Under the pieces are notes generated by a model. The model worked only from the letters and a program-made list of their open reading frames with translations, did not search any database and was not told the origin of the DNA. 63,879 nucleotides of DNA from a virus (taxonomy: Duplodnaviria > Caudoviricetes). The translations under genes and the position numbers were made by a program. The stretch spans positions 1 through 63,879 of IMG/VR virus record IMGVR_UViG_3300021425_000033. The stretch is one strand, 5' to 3'. Positions 28,657 to 36,579 of this stretch are shown here, one piece after another (position 1 is the first letter of the stretch; each line of letters opens with the position of its first letter).

Positions 28657-29973
28657 ATGAATCGTTACTGCATCGAAGTCGATCGAATTGAACCCAACGG
28701 TGACATCTTCACTCTGGTTGAGTATAGGAAACTCAAAGCAACTAAGTCTAACAAAGGTCTAGAACGACAGTTAAACAACCTTGTGAATCGCATTGGTGAA
28801 GAACTGAAATACTACCAAGTTCCTCACAAACGTTATACTGTCAGTGTTGCTTGATTCTCCCCTCTAACTAACAACAACTCCCGCACAATTCACTACACAA
28901 ACACATGACAATTCACAACCCCTACGTCAACACTCTCGTCGAAATGGGTTACGACGAAGCAGACTGCCAGATGGTAGCAAATGCAGGTGTTGATTCTACC
29001 TATCCTCGCACTATTCATGGTCGAGTTTTTAACACTGAAGCAGAGTACAAAGAGGCACTCGCAGACTTCCTCAATGGCATGTAATTCTCCCTCTAACTAA
29101 CAACAACCTCACCACATTTCAGATCCATGTGTAAGATCGAACAACAGATGAATGATGCCATCACTAACAACGTGAACTGGCAATCTGCAAACACCAGTGT
29201 TAAACTTCTTGAGAATGGTGACTCTGCTGTATATCTTCACGGCAATCACATTGCAACGGTTGGTGAAACTACAATTCAAATCTTTGATGGTGGTTGGCGT
29301 TCAAATACTACCAAATCACGTCTCAATGCTATTCTTCAAAAGCACGGAATCATTGGTGAAAAAGTATTTCAAAAAGCAGGAGAATGGTTCATTTGTTATT
29401 ACAAAGGTATCGTAGGTGAGGAAGGATATGTGACTGTACCTTTCGTCTCTGGTATGACTCTTGCCTGACTAATTTGATGGTCCTGAGTATGACTTAAAAC
29501 TGCTCAAGTTCATCCAACAAACTAACACAAACTCAATGTCTTTTACTGATCGTGATCTTTACATTGGTGCTCTGCAAGGTGCAAAGAATGGAAACGAAAT
29601 GCTGGAGATCCTGAGTATTATCTTCGGAGATAATGAGTCTGAAACTGTTACTCCAACCAGTCAACCTATTGACTTCTGATATAACAAATGTCACGAAGAA
29701 AGCATCTCACATTCAAACCAATTAACCCTAAGAAAGTGAAACTCATTGGCATTATCTTCATTGTTTCCTTTATTCTTTTCCCTGGCGTTCGTTACAACAC
29801 TGGTGAAGCATTTCACTTGACTGGTGATCTCATTCAAAGGACAACTCGATGAAAATTATTCTACCTGTCATTGTTATTCTTTTGGGTGCTAATCTAATGC
29901 TTTCCATTCTTGATTCTGATCTGTCGAATACACTTAGAGAGAGGAGAGAAATAATAGAAAAAACAACAAAATA
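28657..29973 (+). other. Cassette of small ORFs (28657, 28905, 29127, 29536, about 29688, about 29849)
   Basis: 29127 (VYLHGNHIA...GGW.SNTTKSRLNA) is a recurrent phage family. The rest are hypothetical. Confidence 0.6.
28854..29107 (+). repeat. Direct repeat attctccc(c)tctaactaacaacaac flanking ORF 28905
   Basis: Copies at 28854-28878 and 29084-29107. Confidence 0.85.
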
Positions 29974-30110
29974 GAGGGATTTATGATTAAAAATCAATTA
30001 AAAATGTATTATTAAATATGTTTTAATTGTTTATTCGTTTATGCTTATAGGCGCATAAAGTCTTAGAAAGCATAGAAGAATAGACGCATAATGTCTATAA
30101 ATGCCTTAGG

Positions 30111-30209
30111 AAATGTACTGAGTTCTTGTACTTAAGTCCCTTAAAATCCCTCAGGTTCTTGTACTTATGGTCTTATAAATGTACTGAGTTCTTGTTATCT
30201 AAGCCCGCA
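30111..30209. repeat. Three tandem 33-bp iteron-like repeats
   Basis: Units start at 30111, 30144 and 30177: aaatgtactgagttcttgtacttaagtccctta / aaatccctcaggttcttgtacttatggtcttat / aaatgtactgagttcttgttatctaagcccgca. Confidence 0.8.
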
Positions 30210-30237
30210 CTCTACCACAACCGCACAGAAATGTCAA
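30209..30237 (-). promoter_or_regulatory. Leftward sigma70-like promoter firing into non-coding DNA
   Basis: Minus strand reads TTGACA-17 nt-TAGAGT. Confidence 0.65.
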
Positions 30238-30312
30238 GACCCCCAAGTATTTCCAAACCCCCACACATTTCCCAGAATACATAAGCAATTCAAATAAATA
30301 CTCCCAACCTTA

Positions 30313-30341
30313 TTGACAGTTTCCTCCCAGCATCTTATAGT
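30313..30341 (+). promoter_or_regulatory. Sigma70-like promoter
   Basis: TTGACA-17 nt-TATAGT, followed by RBS aggag and ATG 30369. Confidence 0.8.
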
Positions 30342-30368
30342 ATTCACATACACATCAGGAGAGCAATT

Positions 30369-30542
30369 ATGTCAGTTGCGTATCACCAGGCACAGAAAGT
30401 TAAGTATCGTGTCACCTTAGATCTTGAGGTGTTTAGTGATTTCGATCCACATCAAATGGACTGGGATAAAGTATTCAAGTTAGAACCTGCTGAGAAGTGT
30501 TCTGCATATGTTGAAGACCTTAGTACTCCTGACCGATGGTAA
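30369..30542 (+). CDS. Small hypothetical protein (57 aa)
   Basis: MSVAYHQAQKVKYRVTLDLEVFSDFDPHQMDWDKVFKLEP..., with good RBS and promoter. Confidence 0.7.
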   Translation: MSVAYHQAQKVKYRVTLDLEVFSDFDPHQMDWDKVFKLEPAEKCSAYVEDLSTPDRW

Positions 30543-30598
30543 TTGTGCAGGGGTTAGTATAAAGAACTAAGCACATTTTTTGCAGAATGGAGTGATTA

Positions 30599-30656
30599 GT
30601 GTGCGGAAATAATATTGGCACACGATATAGGCACGGGGGTCAAAATGCCCTATATT
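30599..30656 (+). promoter_or_regulatory. Early-type element E15 (divergent)
   Basis: gtgtgcggaaataatattggcac, then TATATT at 30651. Confidence 0.65.
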
Positions 30657-30702
30657 GGTTTCATCGGGGGGAGGAAACAAACCCCACACATTCTTCACTC
30701 TC

Positions 30703-31420
30703 ATGACCATCACTGAACGCAATCAAAAACTCTATGAATTGCGTGAGAGTTTGCTTAAAGCACGAGCACAAGTTGCCTGGATTGAGCAAGAGATCTGGTT
30801 GACCAACGAAAAGTATAAGAATCAGGATCTCGATTTGTATAAAGAAATGTTTGGCAACTGATTAAAACAAACCCACCGACACTAACCCAAACCCCTGTTA
30901 ATCATGACCACTGCTACCTACAACGGTTGGGCAAATTACGAGACCTGGAATGTTACTCTGTGGATTCAGAATGACGAGGGTTTGTATAACGAAGCAAAGC
31001 AGTGTGGAAACTATCAGGAACTCGTCGATCTTCTGTATAACTGTGGTTCCACAGAAACCCCTGATGGTGTTAAGTGGGACGACGTAAAGATCGACGGTCT
31101 GGCAGTCAACGAAATGATGCAAGATCTGTGACTTAAGTATCACTCACTCGTCCACCAGTTCACTACACTTTTCCCTGTTAATCATGACCGTCACCGTGTT
31201 CCCTTCCTCCCCCGAAATGCAGTCCACTTGGGATGACATTATGGGGCAAATGTGTGCCTTCGTCGATGATACTTATGCCGACGTAGATAGTGCCTACGAT
31301 TGGGTGTGTGAGATGCTCAACATTTCCTCCTTCGTTGATAACAATGCCGCATGGGATTCGTTCTACGAAACGTGGGAATCTTGCGACAATCGTAACACTA
31401 TGCAGTACCGAATTGACTGA
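30703..31420 (+). other. Three small ORFs (30703, 30904, 31184)
   Basis: 30904 has the widespread YNGWxNYETWNVxLWxxNDE motif. 30904 and 31184 share the leader ccctgttaatcATGacc. Confidence 0.65.
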
Positions 31421-31739
31421 CTAAGTATCACAAACCGTAGGGGGGCAGTTCGTTATACTTAGTCCCCCTACCAGTTCGTGTTACTAACTACTGAACTTTT
31501 CCGTGGTCAGTAATGCAAACTCTTGTTTAATTCTTTACATCAGTAATTAAATGTGGTATGATATTAGTATAAACCAGTAATTACGAATAGTTTGTTATTC
31601 GTTATAGGCAGTATTATTATTGCGGGGTTATTATAATAAATTTGGCGTTGCCCCCTTTATAAAAATCGATAACTACCCTAACCTACAGAGGTGACAATTC
31701 GACCTTTAAATATCATCCTCATAAAAAATTTCCGGAAGT

Positions 31740-32157
31740 ATGAGAAGACGTAAAAACCCCTATTGGAATTTCTGGAAAGTTGTCTTTGCGGGTTGGTTAA
31801 TAAGATATCCTCGGCAGTGCTTTACGATCTTCGCAGGCACTATCGGGTTTTTATTTGTTTTGATATATAATGCAGTTAATTAATCCAAAATACACAAAAA
31901 AATTTTCCAAGAAATTTTTTCTATAAAAGGGTCTTGGAAAGTTTTTGAAATTTATGGAAGAACTTATGGAAAAGATATATCACATTTATGCAAAGGATAA
32001 GTGTTTATTTCATTCTATCAAAGAAGAGGAATTCCAAACAACTTGGAATACTTTGAAAAATATGGTAGGCATTATGAAGACTGATTATTCTGTAGATGAT
32101 TTGTCTTATGAGGAGCTTATGGTGAACCGGAAAGTCTCTTTAGATAGCTCTCATTGA
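31740..32157 (+). other. Two small ORFs: 31740-31883 (membrane peptide) and about 31966-32157
   Basis: MRRRKNPYWNFWKVVFAGWLIRYP... and MEKIYHIYAKDKCLFHS... Confidence 0.6.
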
Positions 32158-32182
32158 CAAGGCATATATAGACTGTTAAAAT
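32154..32182 (+). promoter_or_regulatory. Sigma70-like promoter
   Basis: TTGACA-17 nt-TAAAAT. Confidence 0.8.
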
Positions 32183-32206
32183 TTGAACTGAAAGTTTATT
32201 TCTCTT

Positions 32207-32974
32207 ATGGCAAAAGGATTTACTGTTAAGGCTGCTGCACCTAAAGTTAAAGAAGCAGAGTGGGATTATGATTCAATTAAAGAAAGGATGCGAGGGAAGA
32301 GTATTGTATTCTGTCTTCCTGGACGTGGGTGTTCATTTATCTTTTTGAAAGCATTTGTTCAACTTTGTTTTGATCTCGTTCAAAATGGAATGAGTATTCA
32401 AATTTCTCAAGATTATAGTTCGATGGTGAACTTTGCACGTTGTAAGTGTCTTGGTGCAAATGTTCTTCGTGGACCAAAACAAATTCCTTGGGATGGTAAG
32501 TTGCAATATGATTATCAACTCTGGATTGATAGTGATATTGTATTTGATACAAATAAGTTCTGGCAACTTTGCGATCTTTCACTGAATGAAAATGGTGAAG
32601 AAAAGGAAGTCGTTGCTGGTTGGTATGCTACTGAAGATGGACACACAACATCTGTTGCCCATTGGTTGGAAGAAGATGACTTCCGTAAGAATGGTGGAGT
32701 TATGAATCATGAAACTGTTGAATCGATTAGTAAGCGTCGTAAACCATTCACTGTTGATTATACAGGATTTGGATGGGTTATGATTAAGAATGGTGTTTTT
32801 GAGAATCTTGAGTACCCTTGGTTTGCTCCTAAGATGCAAGTCTTTGAATCTGGTGCAGTTCAAGATATGTGTGGTGAAGATGTATCATTCTGTCTTGATG
32901 CTAAAGAAGCAGGATTTGAGATTTGGTGTGATCCACGGATTCGTGTTGGACATGAAAAAACTCGTGTAATCTAA
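32207..32974 (+). CDS. GT-A fold (family 2-like) glycosyltransferase
   Basis: LWIDSDIVF (DxD), TGFGWVMIK and GEDVSFC...GFEIWCDP.IRVGHEK. Confidence 0.8.
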   Translation: MAKGFTVKAAAPKVKEAEWDYDSIKERMRGKSIVFCLPGRGCSFIFLKAFVQLCFDLVQNGMSIQISQDYSSMVNFARCKCLGANVLRGPKQIPWDGKLQYDYQLWIDSDIVFDTNKFWQLCDLSLNENGEEKEVVAGWYATEDGHTTSVAHWLEEDDFRKNGGVMNHETVESISKRRKPFTVDYTGFGWVMIKNGVFENLEYPWFAPKMQVFESGAVQDMCGEDVSFCLDAKEAGFEIWCDPRIRVGHEKTRVI

Positions 32975-33120
32975 TGACTTTTAATATCTTATACAAAGGA
33001 CGTAAGATATATCAAAACCTCAGTCATGAAGAATGTACTGAGGTTCTTGACGAACTCTCCTCAAAGTACTATACTGATGAGGAATTTGATGTTGAACAAC
33101 TTGAACTGGAGGAAATCTAA
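32974..33120 (+). CDS. Small acidic hypothetical protein (48 aa)
   Basis: MTFNILYKGRKIYQNLSHEEC..., with start/stop overlaps on both sides. Confidence 0.6.
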   Translation: MTFNILYKGRKIYQNLSHEECTEVLDELSSKYYTDEEFDVEQLELEEI

Positions 33121-33260
33121 TGGCTAAAGGTGGATCAAATAAAACTATTTTCGAACCAGGAGCACCTAAAAAGACTCGTCAAGGGCGTAGTCCTCGCACA
33201 CTACTCTCTGCAACCTCTCGTAATGGTCGAAAGAAGAAGTATCGTGGTCAGGGTAAATAG
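33120..33260 (+). CDS. Small basic protein ending KKYRGQGK (conserved in T4-like phages)
   Basis: MAKGGSNKTIFEPGAPKKTRQGRSPRTLLSATSRNGRKKKYRGQGK. Confidence 0.7.
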   Translation: MAKGGSNKTIFEPGAPKKTRQGRSPRTLLSATSRNGRKKKYRGQGK

Positions 33261-33283
33261 TTAAAGTTAAATAAAAGTTCTTC

Positions 33284-34015
33284 ATGGCAGCACTAATTTG
33301 CAATTTACCATCCATTGAAGTATGGGTGCGTAAAGAATATCTAACTGATCATCAAAGTGGCCATGGTGAATTTGCAAAGGGCGTCTGGGTGTCGTGTAAA
33401 TCGATACCTGGACGTGCTTTTTATTTTGAGACATACTTACCAGAGTATGCTGCAATGTACGATAAGCTGCCCATCAGTGCCTTTGTAGCACGTCCTGAGA
33501 CACCTACACCTGATATGAACCTACCCAACCTACAATTCTGGAATTGTATGGATTATGGTGTAGTATCAATTCATAAACAATTCATTGGAAGTATGGACTT
33601 TGAGTGCTATACACGAGATCATGGCACTCAAAAAGGCACTTATATCTGTACCATTGACAATTATCATCAAGATTGTGATGTCATTGATTATGCAACTAGT
33701 GAAAATCCTGCTGAACATAAGTCACACAACCTTATTGAACTTGACAATGGTCAGTATGCACTATATCCCAACAATAGATTACGTATTTTTGACAATAGTT
33801 TGACTCCTGTTGAACCAAAAATGCCTGATTTTAAGGTGTCAACTAGGATTTATGAGGTAGAGTGTGGTTTTGATCGTCTTGGAATGGGTCGTGAAGACGA
33901 ATATTTCTGGAAAACTGCTAAAGAACGGGATAGCAACCCCGTAAAAAGTTCTGTTCAACCCCTAAAAGAGGAGAAAACAGATGGCAAACAACCCGAATCC
34001 GGACAGGAATACTGA
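33284..34015 (+). CDS. Conserved T4-like cyanophage hypothetical protein
   Basis: LICNLP...YDKLPISAF...QFWNC...EHKSHN...QYALYPNNR. Confidence 0.75.
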   Translation: MAALICNLPSIEVWVRKEYLTDHQSGHGEFAKGVWVSCKSIPGRAFYFETYLPEYAAMYDKLPISAFVARPETPTPDMNLPNLQFWNCMDYGVVSIHKQFIGSMDFECYTRDHGTQKGTYICTIDNYHQDCDVIDYATSENPAEHKSHNLIELDNGQYALYPNNRLRIFDNSLTPVEPKMPDFKVSTRIYEVECGFDRLGMGREDEYFWKTAKERDSNPVKSSVQPLKEEKTDGKQPESGQEY

Positions 34016-34235
34016 TTATATGCACGAAATGTGGGGTACAACCCATTTAATTACTGATTATGGAGTCAATCCTCAGAAAAAAATGCTTCGTGAAATTGCA
34101 AATGATGATATGACACCTAAAAAACACGATTTTGCTCAACAAAACGAACTTCATTCAAGAATTCGCAATGATGAGGATTATGATGACTGGGAGTATGGAA
34201 CTGAACCTCTTTATGAATTCCAAAAACCCGAATAA
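33981..34235 (+). CDS. Hypothetical protein
   Basis: 84-aa ORF with RBS gaggag. Confidence 0.65.
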   Translation: MANNPNPDRNTDYMHEMWGTTHLITDYGVNPQKKMLREIANDDMTPKKHDFAQQNELHSRIRNDEDYDDWEYGTEPLYEFQKPE

Positions 34236-34238
34236 ATA
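34231..34238 (+). promoter_or_regulatory. Late promoter (AATAAATA); similar sites at 48557, 59109, 61357 and 62818
   Basis: xATAAATA lies just upstream of gp25, gp8, gp13, gp15 and the last ORF. Confidence 0.7.
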
Positions 34239-34258
34239 AGATAGATTTATTCATTTTT

Positions 34259-34660
34259 ATGCCTGTAGAACGGCTAAGTAAAGATTTTAAAGACCTGAGC
34301 ATGTCTTTTCAGGTCAATCCAATCAATTATGATCTAATTGCTCTCAAAAATGAGAATGCAATTGCTCGTTCTATTCGCAATTTGGTTCTTACTTATCCTG
34401 GTGAAAGATTTTTTAATGAAAATTTAGGGTCTAAAGTAAGTCGTTCTTTGTTTGAGAACATTGATGAGGTATCTGCATCAGTGATTAAAGACGAAATTGA
34501 GAGTACAATCAATAATTATGAACCTAGAGTTGATTTGATTGATGTAATTGTTGATCCTGACTATGACAATAACAACTTTAACGTGACTGTTAATTACTAT
34601 ATTATTGGAATTGATGTTCTTCCACAACAGTTATCATTCGCATTACAGCCAACACGATAA
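34259..34660 (+). CDS. gp25: Baseplate wedge subunit gp25
   Basis: FKDLSMSF...AIARSIRNLVLT.PGERFF...LGS...YEPRV. Synteny with gp6. Confidence 0.92.
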   Translation: MPVERLSKDFKDLSMSFQVNPINYDLIALKNENAIARSIRNLVLTYPGERFFNENLGSKVSRSLFENIDEVSASVIKDEIESTINNYEPRVDLIDVIVDPDYDNNNFNVTVNYYIIGIDVLPQQLSFALQPTR

Positions 34661-36576
34661 TGGCATTAGTAAATTTCACCAACCTGGATTTCGATCAGAT
34701 AAAAACTTCGATTAGAGATTATCTCAGATCGAATTCTAATTTTACTGATTACGACTTTGAAGGATCCAATCTTTCAACGTTAATTGATGTTCTTGCATAT
34801 AACACATATATTTCCTCATACAATGCTAACATGGTTAGTAATGAGGTCTTTATTGATAGTGCTACATTAAGAGAAAATGTAGTTTCTTTAGCAAGAAATA
34901 TTGGTTACGTTCCAAGATCAAGAACTGCATCTAGAGCTATTATATCATTTTTCGTAGACACTACGGGATTTTCAACAAATCCAATTACATTAACGATTAA
35001 AAAGGGAACAGTTTGTACATCATCTTCATCTTTTGGTGCTGAAAGTTATACTTTTGCAATACCGCAAGATGTAACGACACCGGTTGTTAACGGGATTGCA
35101 TCATTCGATAATGTAGAAGTTTATGAGGGAACTTTTTTAACATCAAACTTTACAGTTCAGGCGGAAAATCCAGCACCACCACAAAGATATATTTTAGAAA
35201 ATGCAAATATAGATACCTCCACAATTTCAGTAACTGTAAGAGATACTCAATCTAGCACCTCTTCAAAAAAATTCATTTTATCTGATAGTTTGTTTGAAGT
35301 TATTTCAACATCAAGAGTTTTCTTCATTCAAGAAATAGAAGATCAAAGATATGAGTTAATTTTTGGTGATGGTATATTTGGTGAAAAACTACAATCTCAA
35401 AATTTTATTGAAACCTCTTACATTTCTACCAATGGAGAACTTGGAAATGGAATTTCTTCATTTACTTTTAATGGAAGAATAGTAGATAACAATAGCAATC
35501 TAGTTTCGAATGGAATTTCTCTAATCACGACTGTTTCTCCATCTCAAGGTGGAAATGAGATAGAATCTGTCAGTTCGATTAAAAATTATGCACCTAGAAT
35601 ATATTCATCATATAACAGGGCGGTGACTGCAGCAGATTATGAAGCATTGATTCCAAAAATTTATCCAGAAACTCAATCAGTTTCGGTATTTGGTGGAGAA
35701 GATTTAACACCTCCACAGTATGGTAAAGTTTTTATCACAATAAAACCATTTTATGGACCTTTTGTTCCAAACTCAATAAAAGATAATTTAAAAAATAAGT
35801 TAAGAAGATATGGTGTTGCTGGAATTGTACCAGAAATTCTAGATTTGAAGTATCTTTATATTGAATGTGACTCTACTGTATATTATAACACAAATCTTGC
35901 TCCAAATTCTGATTTTGTAAAAACCATTGTATCAAATAATATTAATGGATACGCAAATTCCATAGAGTTAAACAAATATGGTGCAAGATTTAAGTATAGT
36001 AAATATCAAGCAATTATTGATAATAGCCACGAGTCTGTGACTTCAAATATTACAAAAATTCAAATGAGAAGAGACTTGAGAGCAAGTCTTAATCAATTTG
36101 CAAACTATGAAATTTGTTTTGGTAACGAGTTTCACATTAAAAACATAAATGGATACAATATAAAGTCATCAGGATTTAAAGTTTCTGGTATTGCTGATAC
36201 TTTATACATGTCAGATATACCAAATCAAGATGAAAAAACTGGAGAGATATTTTTCTTTAAGTTAGACTCTCCAACTCAACCAGCAATAGTAAGAAGATCT
36301 GTAGGAACTATTGATTATGAAAAGGGTGAAATTTTACTTAACTCGGTAAACTTTATTTCTACATTAAAAAATGTCAAAGGACAATCAATCATTGAAATTG
36401 CAGTGATTCCAAAGTCTAATGACATCATTGGATTACAGGATTTATATTTGCAACTAGATATTAATAAGAGTACATTAAATATGTTATCGGATGATGTTTC
36501 CTCTGGAGCAGATCCATCAGGAACTACATACACGACTACTTCAAGTTACACAAACGGGAACCTAGTAAGACTGTAA
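34660..36576 (+). CDS. gp6: Baseplate wedge subunit gp6
   Basis: LDFDQIK...FTDYDFEGS...NEVFIDSATLRENVVSLAR..GY.PRS...RAVTAADY. Confidence 0.95.
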   Translation: MALVNFTNLDFDQIKTSIRDYLRSNSNFTDYDFEGSNLSTLIDVLAYNTYISSYNANMVSNEVFIDSATLRENVVSLARNIGYVPRSRTASRAIISFFVDTTGFSTNPITLTIKKGTVCTSSSSFGAESYTFAIPQDVTTPVVNGIASFDNVEVYEGTFLTSNFTVQAENPAPPQRYILENANIDTSTISVTVRDTQSSTSSKKFILSDSLFEVISTSRVFFIQEIEDQRYELIFGDGIFGEKLQSQNFIETSYISTNGELGNGISSFTFNGRIVDNNSNLVSNGISLITTVSPSQGGNEIESVSSIKNYAPRIYSSYNRAVTAADYEALIPKIYPETQSVSVFGGEDLTPPQYGKVFITIKPFYGPFVPNSIKDNLKNKLRRYGVAGIVPEILDLKYLYIECDSTVYYNTNLAPNSDFVKTIVSNNINGYANSIELNKYGARFKYSKYQAIIDNSHESVTSNITKIQMRRDLRASLNQFANYEICFGNEFHIKNINGYNIKSSGFKVSGIADTLYMSDIPNQDEKTGEIFFFKLDSPTQPAIVRRSVGTIDYEKGEILLNSVNFISTLKNVKGQSIIEIAVIPKSNDIIGLQDLYLQLDINKSTLNMLSDDVSSGADPSGTTYTTTSSYTNGNLVRL

Positions 36577-36579
36577 GAA

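Noticed and set aside
7553-30621. TGGCAC as a sigma54 -24 box
   Set aside because: There is no consistent TTGC at -12, the motif is one arm of an inverted repeat and often reads TGTCAC or TGTCCAC, and cyanobacteria lack sigma54.
33032-33049. aatgtactgaggttcttg resembles the 30111/30177 repeat core
   Set aside because: It is a single gapped match inside a coding region of an AT-rich genome, so chance cannot be excluded without statistics.
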